64,000 nt of DNA from an uncultured delta proteobacterium (GCA_963761995.1 CAVXIU010000014.1:13622-77621); one strand, 5' to 3'; shown: positions 30,233 through 40,335, numbered from the stretch's first letter. Translations and numbers: made by a program. The notes: generated by a model not told the origin, from the letters alone.

Positions 30233-33200
30233 ATGGACCTTCGTGTTCTGGGACCCGTTGAGGCCAGCGTCGATGAGCGGGAGGTCGCTATCGGTGCGGG
30301 CAAGCCGCGCGCGCTTCTGGCGATGCTCGCGTTGAACGAGGGTTCGCCGGTCTCGGCAGAGCGCCTGATTGACGGGTTGTGGGGCGAGAAGCCGCCGGCG
30401 ACCGCGCCCAAGATGGTGCAGGTCTACGTGTCGCAGCTGCGCAAGGCGCTGGCGGGCAGCGGGAACGGCGCGGAGATCGTCACCCGCGGGCGCGGCTACG
30501 AGCTGCGGCTCGGCGGCGGCGATCTCGACGTCCGGCGCTTCGAGCGTTTGGTGGCGGAGGGGGCGCCGCGCGCCGCGCTGGCGTTGTGGCGTGGGCCGCC
30601 GCTCGACGATGTCGCCAGCGGAGCCGTTCGCCCCGCTGGAGATCCGCCGGCTCGAGGAGCTGCGGGTCGCAGCGATCGAGCTTGCGATCGAGCACGACCT
30701 AGCCGCGGGCCGGCACCACGAGGTGATCGGCGAGCTCGAGGTGCTGGTGGCCGAGGAGCCGCTGCGTGAGCGGCTCCATGCCCAGCGGATGCTGGCGCTG
30801 TATCGCTGCGGCCGCCAGGCCGACGCGCTGGACGCCTACCGCCAGGCGCGAACCGCGCTCGTGGACGCGATCGGCGTCGAGCCCGGGCCGGAGCTACGGC
30901 GACTGCACGAGGCGATCCTGCGCCAGGACCGAGCGCTCGACCTCCCCGCGGAGGAGGCGATCGAGCTGCCGCTCGAGCTCGACGCCGCGACACCGCTGGT
31001 CGGGCGCGACGACGAGCTGACGTCACTGCGCGAGCACCGGCGCCACGCCCACGGTGGCGCCGGCCGGATCGTCCTGATCGCGGGCGGGCGCGGGATGGGC
31101 AAGACGCGGCTTGTGGCCCAGCTGGCCGACGATGTCCATCGCGACCGCGGCGTCGTGCGCTACGCGTCCGGTGCCGGCTTGCCGGACGCCGCGCGCGCCG
31201 CGCTCCAAGCCACCGCGGCGGCACGGCGCCCGACGCTGCTCGTGCTCGACGACGTCGACCAGGTCCCTGAGGAGGTGCGGGCGTTGCTCGACGAGCTCGC
31301 CCGCGGCCTGGCCTCGCTGCCCGTGCTCGTGCTCGCCACTGCTGAGGACCCGGGTGCGCTGGCCGACCTGCATGCGGACGCGGTGGTGGTCAGGCTCGGG
31401 CCGCTGGACCTCTCTGGCGTGGCCACGGTCGCCCGTCTGTATGCGCGCGACGACGCCGAGGTGCCTGTCGAGCAGCTCGCCGAGGCCAGCGGCGGTGTCC
31501 CCCAGCGGGTGCACCGCGCCGCAGCCCAGTGGGCCCGCGCGGAGGCAGCACGGCGCCTGAGCGTGACCGCAGCTCGCGCGGCGAGCGAGCGCTCGGGTTT
31601 GCGCGCGACCGAGGATGACCTCGCGGGCGACATGGTCGAGCTGCAGGCGGTCCGAGAGCGCAGCGAGGCGCAGGACCGCGACGCTGGCGTCGTGGCGTGT
31701 CCCTTCAAGGGTCTCGCCTCGTTTGATGTCGAGGACGCCGATATGTTCTTCGGGCGCGAGCGGCTGGTGGCCAGGATGGTGGCGCGCCTGGCGGGCGCAC
31801 CGCTCATGGCGGTCGTCGGCCCGTCGGGGAGCGGCAAGTCCTCGGCACTGCGCGCCGGCCTGCTCGCGGCGCTGCGCGCGGGCGTGCTCCCCGGCAGCGA
31901 GGGGTGGCCGCTGGCCCTCATGCGCCCGGGGGAGCATCCGCTGCGCACGCTCGAGCAGGCGACGGTCGGTATCTCCCCGGAGAGCCGGATGATCCTCGCG
32001 GTCGATCAGTTCGAGGAGGTCTTCACCGCCTGTCGCGACGAGCGCGAACGCAGCGCGTTCGTCGAAGCGTTAGTCACCCGCGCGCGCGGTCCTCGCCGCC
32101 GCTCACTCGTGCTCGTTGCCATCCGCGCCGACTTCTACGGCCGCTGTGCGGCCTACGCCGAGCTGTCGACGTTGCTCGACGCCAACCACTTGCTCGTCGG
32201 CCCGATGCGCCGCGACGAGTTGCGCCGCGCGATCGAGCTCCCGGCGCAGCGCGCGGCCCTCCACGTCGAGCCCGACCTCGTCGACGCCCTGATCGCCGAC
32301 GTCAGGGACGAACCCGGAGCGCTGCCGCTGCTGTCGACGACGCTGCTGGAGCTGTGGGAGCAGCGTGACGGCCGGCGCATTCGTATGCACGCCTACGAGC
32401 AGGCAGGCGGCGTGCGCGGCGCGGTCGCACGCCTGGCCGAGCGTGCCTACGAGCGACTGGATCCCGACCGCCGCGACGTCGCGCGCCGCATTCTCCTGCG
32501 CTTGGCGGGAGGCGGCGAGGGCGACGCCGTCGTGCGGCGGCGCGTGCCCCTCGACGAGCTGCAGGGAGAGGGTGTGGCGGAGGTCCTCGACGTGCTCGCC
32601 GACGACCGGCTGGTGACGATCGGCGAGGGCGCGGTGGAGGTCGCCCACGAGGCGCTGCTGCGCGAGTGGCCGCGCCTGCGTGCGTGGCTCGAGGAGGACG
32701 TCCAGGGCCGGCGCCTGCACCAGCAGCTCAGCAACGCCGCACGCGAGTGGGACGCCGGGGGGCGCGACCCCGGCGAGCTCTACCGAGGCGCGCGACTGGC
32801 CTCGACGCTGGAGTGGGCGGCCGATCACGACGTCGAGCTCAACGCCGGCGAGCGCGGCTTCCTGGGGGAGAGCCGCGCGGCGAGCGAACGCTCGGAGCGC
32901 CGCGTGCGAGGCGTGCTGGCGGGCGTCGCGGCGCTGCTGGTGCTCGCGGTGATCGCCGGCGTCGTCGCGCTTGACCAGCGCGGCAGCGCGCGCGACGAGG
33001 CGACGCGCGGCCGATGCCCAGCGGCTGGGCTCGCGCGCCCTCGTCGAGGAGGACTTCGATCGCGCGTTGCTGCTCGCGCGCCAGGGCGCGGCGCTCGACG
33101 ACACGGTGCGGACGCGCGGCAACCTGCTCGCCGCGCTGCTCAAGGGCCCCGCCGCCATCGGCGTGATGCGCGTCGCCGGCGATCCGCTCACGACGGAGCT

Positions 33201-35145
33201 CAGCCCGGACGGCGGCACGCTCGCGGTCGGGACCAACTCCGGCGAGGTGCGGTTCTTCGACACGCGCGCGCGGCGCCGCTCGGCCACGCTGCGGACCACC
33301 CCGGCGCGCGCCCCCGTCTTCGGGCTGGCCTACAGCCCCGATGGTCGTCGCCTGGCGGTCGCGCACAGCGACATCCCGGGCGAGACCCTGCACTACGCGG
33401 GGCCTTTCGGGTTCGTAGTCGTGGTGGTCGATGTCCGCACTCGCCGGACCTTGCTCCGCGTGACGCTTCCCCGCGAGCGGCCGTTCAACGGGGTCCGCTT
33501 TTCACCGGACGGACGGACGATCGACGTCACGCTGTTCACGCAGGGCTTCCCCGTGCCCGAGGCTGCGACGTTCACCCGCTTCGACGCAGGGACCGGCCGT
33601 CGGGTGCTCGGCCCGGTGCGCGTGAACCACAGCGGACGGTTCTCGCCGGCCGTCCAGACGCGGCCCGACTCGCCCGTGCTGATCACGAGCGACGGGCGCC
33701 GGATGGTGGTCGCCGAGGACCGCAAGATCTCGGTCAGGGATGCGGCAACCGGCGCGGTCCGGGACCGCTTCGACACGGGCGCCTACGACAGCTTCTCGAC
33801 GGCCTACGCACTGAGTCGCGACGATCGCACGCTGGCGATCGGCGGCGAGGACGGCTCCGTGCGGTTTCTCGACCTGCGCAGCGGGCGATCGCTCCCGGCC
33901 TCCGGCCGTCATGCCGCCGCGGTGACCGGCGCGCGCTTCACGACCGACGGTCGCTGGCTCCTCACGACGGCGGACGACGGAACCACGATCCTTTGGGACG
34001 TCCGCAAAGCGGCGGCCGGCGAGACGCTGTCGGGCCAGTCCGGGAGCATCTTCTCGCCGCGGCTGACGCGCGACGGGCGAACCCTCTACACGACGTCCCT
34101 GAACGGCACCGTCTTCGTGTGGGACCTCCTTGGCTCACGGCGGCTCGGCCGGCCGTTCAAGATCGGCGCTGCCGGGCAGCCAGGAAGCGTCGTTAGCGGG
34201 GACGGCCGGCTGATCGCGGCGGGACAGGACGACGGCGCGATCAGCATCGTCGACGCACGCACGCTGAGACCGCGCGGGACCTTCCGAATCGTTCGCGACG
34301 GCTCGATCTCGAGGATCGCCTTCGTCCCCGGCAGCCACCTGCTGATCGTGGGCAGCGATAGCGACTTTGTCGCGCTCGTCGACGCCGACCGAGGGCGTGT
34401 CGTGCGGCGCCTGCCCGGTCACCGCGGGTTCATCCTCACCCCAGGCATCAGCGCCGACGGGCGCCTGCTCGTCGCCACCGGCACCGACGACAACAGCGTG
34501 CGCCTGTGGTCGCTGCCGGACGGGCGCCAGTTGGGAGCTCCGCTGCGCTTCCCCCGGATGGTGTACAGCGCGCAGCTAAGCCCGGACGGTCGCTGGCTCT
34601 CGATCGTTCTCATCGCCCAGACCGACGTGCCCGAGACGCTCGAGATATGGGACGTCCGGCGCCGCCGCCGCGTGATCCGGGAGCGACCCGGTGCCGGCAC
34701 CGCTCATGCGCAGTTCAGCCCCGACGGCCGGCTGCTGATCGTGCTCAACAACCGCGGCACGGCGCAGTTGCGGTCAACCAGCACGTGGAAGCCGGTGGGC
34801 CATCCGTTCGTCGGCCACGCCGGCGCGCTCTCCAGCGCGGCGTTCAGTCGCGACGGCCGGACGCTCGCCACGGGCAGTGTGGACGGCACCGTGCGACTGT
34901 GGGACATCCCGACCCAGCAAGCCATCGGCGCCCCGCTGCCGGGCCTGCCCAATCAGCAGGTGTCACCGACGTTCATGCCCGACGGCACGCGGCTACTCGC
35001 CAGATACGGCACCGGCCGCGCCTACCTCTGGGACATCGGGCCAGAGTCGCTCACCCGCCACGCCTGCCAGATCGCCGGGCGACGGCTCACGCGCGCCGAG
35101 TGGCGCGAGTTCCTGCCCAGGCGCGACTACGACCCCGCCTGCTGA
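30233..35145 (+). CDS. AfsR/SARP (OmpR-HTH + BTAD) - degenerate AAA - nSTAND1-type NTPase - TM - WD40 repeat protein, with two frameshifts (~30620, ~33008)
   Basis: MDLRVLGPVE; PLRERLHAQRMLALYRCGRQADAL; CPFKGLASF, GPSGSGKSS, VDQFEEVF, HEALLREWPRL; many WD repeats (GHAGALSSAAFSRDGRTLATGSVDGTVRLWD). Confidence 0.88.
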
Positions 35146-35447
35146 GCCAGCCCCGCGACCCAGTACGCGCCGACGCCCACCGCCCCGTGAGAGCGCACGT
35201 GACGAGCCCCCGCCACCCGTCTCGCTTCCGAACCACGACCGCCCGTCCGTCCGGGGTAGCGCGCGAGAGCGACGCTAGCTCCTGGATTTCGACGAAGGAA
35301 ACCCTCTTCAGCTCCCCGCTCGACGCACTGGGCGTTGTCGCGCTGACAATCCGCGGTAGTCCACGCCGACGCGTGCCCCGCAGCCGCTTCGGCTCGTAGC
35401 AGCCGCTCGTCCTGTTGGAACCCAAGCGCGCTGTCGCAATGCGCGAC

Positions 35448-35507
35448 GAGCGGGCGTCTCAGACGACACTCGGGAGACGCCCGCTCTGGACGACAAGCAG
35501 GCGTGTC
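35448..35507. repeat. Second-family palindrome: perfect 13-bp inverted repeat GAGCGGGCGTCTC / GAGACGCCCGCTC plus GGACGACAAGCAGGCGT
   Basis: Read directly; related units at 2452-2540, 3548-3567, ~26930-27020 and 42489-42526. Confidence 0.7.
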
Positions 35508-35521
35508 GCGCGGTGCGCCCT

Positions 35522-35551
35522 CGCTCCTGCAATTCGCGCAAAGCAGCACTC
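35522..35551 (+). repeat. Palindromic site #18
   Basis: TCGCGCAAAGCAGCACTC at 35534-35551. Confidence 0.9.
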
Positions 35552-35604
35552 ACCAGCGCGGCCCCCGGATCTACGTTCGCGTCTGCTGCGAGAGCGTGCG
35601 CGTA

Positions 35605-35862
35605 CTACACGCGGTAGAGGAACGTGTAGGCCGCGGACGGACCGCTCTGGGCCCACTCCGCGAGGCAGTAGCGGCAGGTGCTGCTGTCGTCGGAAGGCAC
35701 ATCGACCGTGCTCGGCGGGCGACCCTCGACGACCTCGGCGTCGATGCGAATGCCGTGCAGGGGGCCGTCGACCAACACGGCCGTGATGGTCGGCCCGCGC
35801 ACTTGGTCGGAGCCGCGCGGCCCGAACGTCAAGTGCTTGCGGAGCATCTGCGCACTCGTCAT
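35605..35862 (-). CDS. Small hypothetical protein
   Basis: 85-aa ORF (AVLVDGPLHG...PPSTVDV...CRYCLAEW) with natural composition. Confidence 0.65.
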   Translation of the reverse strand: MTSAQMLRKHLTFGPRGSDQVRGPTITAVLVDGPLHGIRIDAEVVEGRPPSTVDVPSDDSSTCRYCLAEWAQSGPSAAYTFLYRV

Positions 35863-35876
35863 CTCGTCGTGCGCTC

Positions 35877-36155
35877 CTATGCGGTCTCGCCGGCGTCAGC
35901 GATGTGCGACCGCGCCGCGGCGACTTTGCCCCGGTCGGCGTTCAGCCCCTTGGCGAGGTCGCCGGTCGTGCAAAGCGGGTGCTCGTTCAGGTATTTGCTG
36001 ACGCGCTCCTCTATGTCGTCCTTATGCAGTCGCGCGGTAGCTCGACGACTGTGGGCGCGACGCGCGGTCGCTCGACGCGCGGAACGTCGCGGTACCACTG
36101 GCGCTGTCGGCCGCAGTGGGGTGGGTGCGTCGTCCACGGTGCGATGCGGTTGCAT
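35877..36155 (-). CDS. Small protein with a C-terminal winged-HTH-like segment
   Basis: IEERVSKYLNEHPLCTTGDLAKGLNADRGKV; GGAGG RBS; a paralogous 5' end starts at position 58 on the minus strand. Confidence 0.55.
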   Translation of the reverse strand: MQPHRTVDDAPTPLRPTAPVVPRRSARRATARRAHSRRATARLHKDDIEERVSKYLNEHPLCTTGDLAKGLNADRGKVAAARSHIADAGETA

Positions 36156-36416
36156 TGCGGTGACCTCCCGACCCTCGTGGAGGGTGTCGCGCGAGAGGAA
36201 GAGGGAACGAGACCCAGACGCGTGAATCGACTCGGCTCGGCCCCGCGGGTCTCGATCATGGCCTCGAGCTCCGCTCCTCGGCGCGGTCGCGCTTCGGTGG
36301 CTTTCGGCTCCGAGGCTGAAGTCCTGCCCGCAGGGTCAGCCACCACCCACAGTACTCCCTTCCGGGCCGATAACAAGCAAGCGCCTGCGGCCGCCTGGAT
36401 AAGAAGCAACAGCGGC
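36094..36416. repeat. Copy 2 of the ~320-bp duplication
   Basis: Matches 1-321. Confidence 0.95.
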
Positions 36417-36449
36417 CGAGATGGTCGTAGTCGAAGCGCTGCGCGCGGC

Positions 36450-36479
36450 GAGTGCTCCTATCGCGTGGAGGGGGCACTC
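36450..36479 (+). repeat. Palindromic site #19 (last in the array)
   Basis: GAGTGCTCCT-ATCGCGTGGA-GGGGGCACTC; near-perfect arms. Confidence 0.8.
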
Positions 36480-36582
36480 GGCCGGGTGCCGCGCTTACAA
36501 GCGAGCGGGTCGAGCAAGGACGCGTGGAGCGAAGCCTCCTCGCGGTCGGTTCGCGGCGCCACGCAAGCGCTTCGTTCCCCGG

Positions 36583-36815
36583 CCACGGGGTCCAATCCGG
36601 GGTCCAAACTGAGGGCAACCGAGCCCAACTCAGGACAACTCGAACCCGCTCTAGACGGCTGAATCCGCTTCCACACAACCAGAACCTTCCGGCTGGGGGC
36701 CGGGCGGTCGCAGGTTCAAATCCTGTCTCCCCGACTCAAAGCTCCTGCAACTAGCATTGTTCGCACAAACGGTGTAGCGACGATACGGGGTCCAAATTGG
36801 ACATCCGGGGTCCAG
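36583..36815 (+). repeat. att-like junction 1: arm repeats plus the 3' 46 nt of tRNA-Pro(GGG) (36689-36734)
   Basis: CCGG-CTGGGGG-CCGGG anticodon arm, GCAGG-TTCAAAT-CCTGT T-arm, CTCCCCGA acceptor strand; no 5' half. CGGGGTCCAA at 36586, 36598, 36786, and CGGGGTCCAG at 36806. Confidence 0.88.
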
Positions 36816-37110
36816 TTTCTGCAATCGGGCGAGAAACGGTGCTTGGCGCGGTGGTGCCGATTCCGGGCGATTGTGCGCACCCGGTTCCGATCGCACAGAA
36901 TCGACCATGTTCGAACGTCTATCGAGAGCGCGCGAGACTCAAGCTCTCGGTCACGATGCGCGGGGGGTGCGCGTGCAGGAGCCCGAACGCGTGCCGACGC
37001 GATGTTCGATGTCGGCCAGCGCCAAAGCCCACAGGTGCGGCGGGAGAGAGCGAGTCTGCGGCTGATCTCGTCACGCGCGATGAGGGGCTGATGGCGTGGG
37101 CGGTCCTGTG

Positions 37111-37644
37111 TCATCTCGCGCGGACGACGGTCACGCTGAAGGCGTCGCGTTGGCGCTTGAGCGCGTTCATGTCGCCGTCGAACTCGCCGATGCGCACGAT
37201 GCCGGCGAAGTACGGCGCGTCGCTGTCGTAGTAGAGGACGAAGTCGCCACCGGGTGCCCAGTAACCGATGTCTCCGGCGGCGGGATCGTGCCCGTCGGGC
37301 GCACCGTCGAGCGACAGCTTCCGGGGGAGGGGCGCGGTCTTCTCCACGTTGTTGTGGTCGCGAAACGTGAGCGTCAGGGGCAGTTGAGCGGCGAGATCGC
37401 GGGCCGTGGCGTTTTCGTGCAGCCGCGCCGTGAGCTGCGTGTCACCGAACGTGATCCGGATCGGCGTGCCATCCGGGGCGCCGGGCTCTTCCTGGGCGGA
37501 GGTCGGGCCCGGGGCGGGCGTGCTCCGCTCGGGTGTGTCGGCGGCCTGGTCGTCGTCTGCGCCTCCGCAGGCCGGGAGTGTCATGGCTGCGAAGAGCGCG
37601 ATCGCGAGTGTGTGGCGACGGAGCGTGCGGTTCGTCGTCGGCAT
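37111..37644 (-). CDS. Cyclophilin-like fold lipoprotein
   Basis: Lipobox LPAC; ENATARDLAAQLPLTLTF...NVEK...GDIGYWAPGG...YY. Confidence 0.85.
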   Translation of the reverse strand: MPTTNRTLRRHTLAIALFAAMTLPACGGADDDQAADTPERSTPAPGPTSAQEEPGAPDGTPIRITFGDTQLTARLHENATARDLAAQLPLTLTFRDHNNVEKTAPLPRKLSLDGAPDGHDPAAGDIGYWAPGGDFVLYYDSDAPYFAGIVRIGEFDGDMNALKRQRDAFSVTVVRAR

Positions 37645-37661
37645 GATCCGCGCATTGCGCT

Positions 37662-38429
37662 TCACTGCGCCGTATAGCCCCCGTCTACGGGCAGCGCGAC
37701 CCCGTGCACGAAGCTCGCGCCCGGGCTGCAGAGCCACAGGACGGCGGCGGCGATCTCGTCCCCGCGGCCGAGGCGGCCGATGGGCTGGTTTGCCTCGGCT
37801 TCGGCGAGGTCGAGCTCGCCCTTGGCGATCATGTCGGTGACCATCGGTGTGTCGATCGTGCCGGGACAGACGGCGTTGATCTGGACGCCGCGTGGCGCGT
37901 ACTCCAGCGCGGCGCTCTTGGTGAGGCCGAGAACGCCGTGCTTCGTGGCGTGGTAGGAGGCGCGGCCGGGGAGGCCGACGAGGCCGCCGAGCGACGAGCA
38001 ATTGACGATCGCGCCGCTGCCCTGATCGCGCATCTGGCGGAGCTCGTGCTTCATGCAGTTCCAGACGCCGCGGAGGTTGATCGCCGTGACCCGCTCGAAG
38101 CGCTCGGCCGATTCGTCGGCGGCGTCGGAGGGCGGGATCATGATCCCCGCGTTATTGAAGGCCATGTCAAGACGGCCGAAGCTCTCGACGGTGCGCGTGA
38201 CGAGCGCCGCGACCTGCGCCTCGTCGGCCACGTCGCAGGCAACGCCGAGCGCCTGATGGCCCGCCGCGGTCAGCTTGTCGGTGGCCGCGCGCAGCGCGTC
38301 CTCGTTGAAGTCGGCGAGGACCACGGCGGCGCCCGACTGGGCGAAGGCGAGAGCCGTGTCGAGCCCCATGCCGCCGGCGGCGCCGGTGACGACGGCGACT
38401 TGACCGGTGAAGTCGTATGTCGGGTTCAC
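37662..38429 (-). CDS. SDR-family oxidoreductase
   Basis: TGAAGGMG, NNAG, YHATK, NAVCPG. Confidence 0.95.
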   Translation of the reverse strand: MNPTYDFTGQVAVVTGAAGGMGLDTALAFAQSGAAVVLADFNEDALRAATDKLTAAGHQALGVACDVADEAQVAALVTRTVESFGRLDMAFNNAGIMIPPSDAADESAERFERVTAINLRGVWNCMKHELRQMRDQGSGAIVNCSSLGGLVGLPGRASYHATKHGVLGLTKSAALEYAPRGVQINAVCPGTIDTPMVTDMIAKGELDLAEAEANQPIGRLGRGDEIAAAVLWLCSPGASFVHGVALPVDGGYTAQ

Positions 38430-38833
38430 GCGGACCGACCGCCGCTGTACTGCTCGTCGGTGACGTGCTCGCCCCAGGTGACGGGGCTGCCGTTCTCGTC
38501 GTTCTGCTGCATGGCGATGTGCACCATGAAGCGGTTGGGCGCGGCGCCGTGCCAGTGGTTCTCGCCGGGCTCGAAGAAGACGCGGTCGCCGGGACGGATC
38601 TCCTCGATCGGGCCGCCTTCGCGCTGGCACAGGCCAACGCCTTCGGTGACGAAGATCGTCTGGCCGTGCGGATGTGTGTGCCACGCGGTACGCGCGCCGG
38701 GCGTGAAATGCACGCTCGCGGCGGCAAAGGTGGAGGTCGCCTCGGGGGTCGCGACGGCGTCGACGTAGACGTCGCCGGTGAACCAGTCGGCGGGCCCTTT
38801 CTGGGTGTCGATGCTGCTGTGGGTGATCTGCAT
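38426..38833 (-). CDS. Cupin domain protein
   Basis: FTPGARTAWHTHPHGQ...ENHWHGA. Confidence 0.92.
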   Translation of the reverse strand: MQITHSSIDTQKGPADWFTGDVYVDAVATPEATSTFAAASVHFTPGARTAWHTHPHGQTIFVTEGVGLCQREGGPIEEIRPGDRVFFEPGENHWHGAAPNRFMVHIAMQQNDENGSPVTWGEHVTDEQYSGGRSA

Positions 38834-38875
38834 CTCGCTGTTCCGTGTGGGTTTGTTGAGGGTGTCTGCGCGGGC

Positions 38876-39256
38876 CTAGGGGCGGGGCACGAGCCGAAGC
38901 GTGGTGGCGCGCGCTTCAGCGGTGACCATCGGCTGGACGTAGCTGGGGTAGCGCGCGTACTTGTTCAAGTAGCCGGCGTCGACGGCATCGTTGGCGGCGT
39001 CGTCGGCTTCGGCGAACTCGACGTCGCGCTCGACGCCGCCGGCGCTGATGTGTCCCTGGCGCCGCGCCTTCGCGGCGCGGTACCAGGCGCCGGCGTCGCC
39101 GCGCCAGGAACGCACGTACAGCTCGTCGCCGGCGCGGACGACCCAGATGAGCACCGCCCGGCCGGCGCGACCGTCGGCGCGCAGCGGCTGGACGGTCAGC
39201 TCCTCCGCCTCGCCGACGCGCGCGAGTTCGTCGCTGGTCCAGGCGGTCGCGGTCAT
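38876..39256 (-). CDS. DUF2255-family protein
   Basis: WTSDELARVGEAEEL, IWVVRAGDELYVRS, DAVDAGYLNKY. Confidence 0.8.
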   Translation of the reverse strand: MTATAWTSDELARVGEAEELTVQPLRADGRAGRAVLIWVVRAGDELYVRSWRGDAGAWYRAAKARRQGHISAGGVERDVEFAEADDAANDAVDAGYLNKYARYPSYVQPMVTAEARATTLRLVPRP

Positions 39257-40287
39257 GGCCGCACCAGCACCTTGATCGACTCGCGGTCGGCCATCGCGCG
39301 GTAGCCGTCCGGCACGCCATCGAGGTCGACGGTGCGATCGAAGACGCGGCCCGGCTCGATGGTGCCCTCCAGGATGTCGGGCAGCAGGTCGCCGATGTAG
39401 GCGCGCACCGGCGCGGGCCCGCCGCCGACTTTGACGTTCTTGAAGAACATCGGCTGCGCCAGCGGGATGGTCTCGTAGTGCGGGACGCCGACGCGCCCGA
39501 CCCCGCCGCCCGGCCGCGCGATCGCCACCGATGTCTCTGTGGCGTGGTCGGTGCCGACGCACTCCAGCACGCCATGCACGCCAGCGCCGCCCGTGAGCTC
39601 CATGACCCGCTGAACGGCCTCCTCGCCGCGTTCCGCGACGACGTCGGTGGCGCCGAGCTCGCGCGCCAGCCTGGTGCGGTCCTCGTGACGACCCATGATG
39701 ATGATCTGCTCGGCGCCGAGGCGCTTGGCGGCGATCACGCCGCACAGCCCGACCGCGCCGTCGCCGACGACCGCCACGGCATCCCCGGCCTTGACGCCGG
39801 CGACCACCGCGGCGTGATGGCCGGTCCCGAGCACGTCGGAGAGCGTGAGCAGCGACGGCATCAGCGCGTCTTCCTCGCCGACCGGCAGCGGGTACAGCGT
39901 CCCGTCGGCCAGGGGGACTCGCAGGGCCTCGGCCTGGGCTGCGCCCGTGCTGAGGCCGTCGAAGAAGCCGCCGTGCGCGCACGCCGTATGGAGCCCCTCA
40001 TGACAGAAGGCGCACGTTCCGTCGGAGAAGGCGAATGGCATCACGACCAGATCGCCGCGTTTGATCGTGCGGACGTCCGCGCCGACGTCCTCGACGAGGC
40101 CGATCGCCTCGTGGCCCATCGGTCGGCCGGTCTCGGTCGGCTCCAGGTCGGCGTAGGGCCACAGGTCGCTGCCGCAGACGCAGGCGCTCGTGACGCGGAT
40201 GATCGCGTCGGTCGGCTCGACGATGGAAGGATCCGGGACGTCCTCGATGCGGACGTCGCCGGCGGCATACATCAGGGTGGCTCGCAT
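39253..40287 (-). CDS. Zinc-dependent alcohol dehydrogenase family (MDR)
   Basis: CVCGSD, GHE, CAFCHEGLHTAC, VGDGAVG. Confidence 0.95.
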   Translation of the reverse strand: MRATLMYAAGDVRIEDVPDPSIVEPTDAIIRVTSACVCGSDLWPYADLEPTETGRPMGHEAIGLVEDVGADVRTIKRGDLVVMPFAFSDGTCAFCHEGLHTACAHGGFFDGLSTGAAQAEALRVPLADGTLYPLPVGEEDALMPSLLTLSDVLGTGHHAAVVAGVKAGDAVAVVGDGAVGLCGVIAAKRLGAEQIIIMGRHEDRTRLARELGATDVVAERGEEAVQRVMELTGGAGVHGVLECVGTDHATETSVAIARPGGGVGRVGVPHYETIPLAQPMFFKNVKVGGGPAPVRAYIGDLLPDILEGTIEPGRVFDRTVDLDGVPDGYRAMADRESIKVLVRP

Positions 40288-40335
40288 GGCTCTAGCTCCT
40301 GTTCTCGAAGTCGTTCATTCGCGCCAGACGACGCA

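Noticed and set aside
324-36479. CRISPR array interpretation of the 30-bp palindromic repeats
   Set aside because: The intervals are 0.6-9 kb and contain whole genes, the left arms vary, and no cas genes are present.
324-36479. Classical integron attC sites
   Set aside because: There are no RYYYAAC/GTTRRRY cores, the sites are shorter than attC, gene orientation is mixed, and no IntI is present in the window.
324-36479. Palindromes as intrinsic terminators
   Set aside because: They have no U-tract, and their fixed orientation is independent of whether neighbouring genes converge, diverge or run in tandem.
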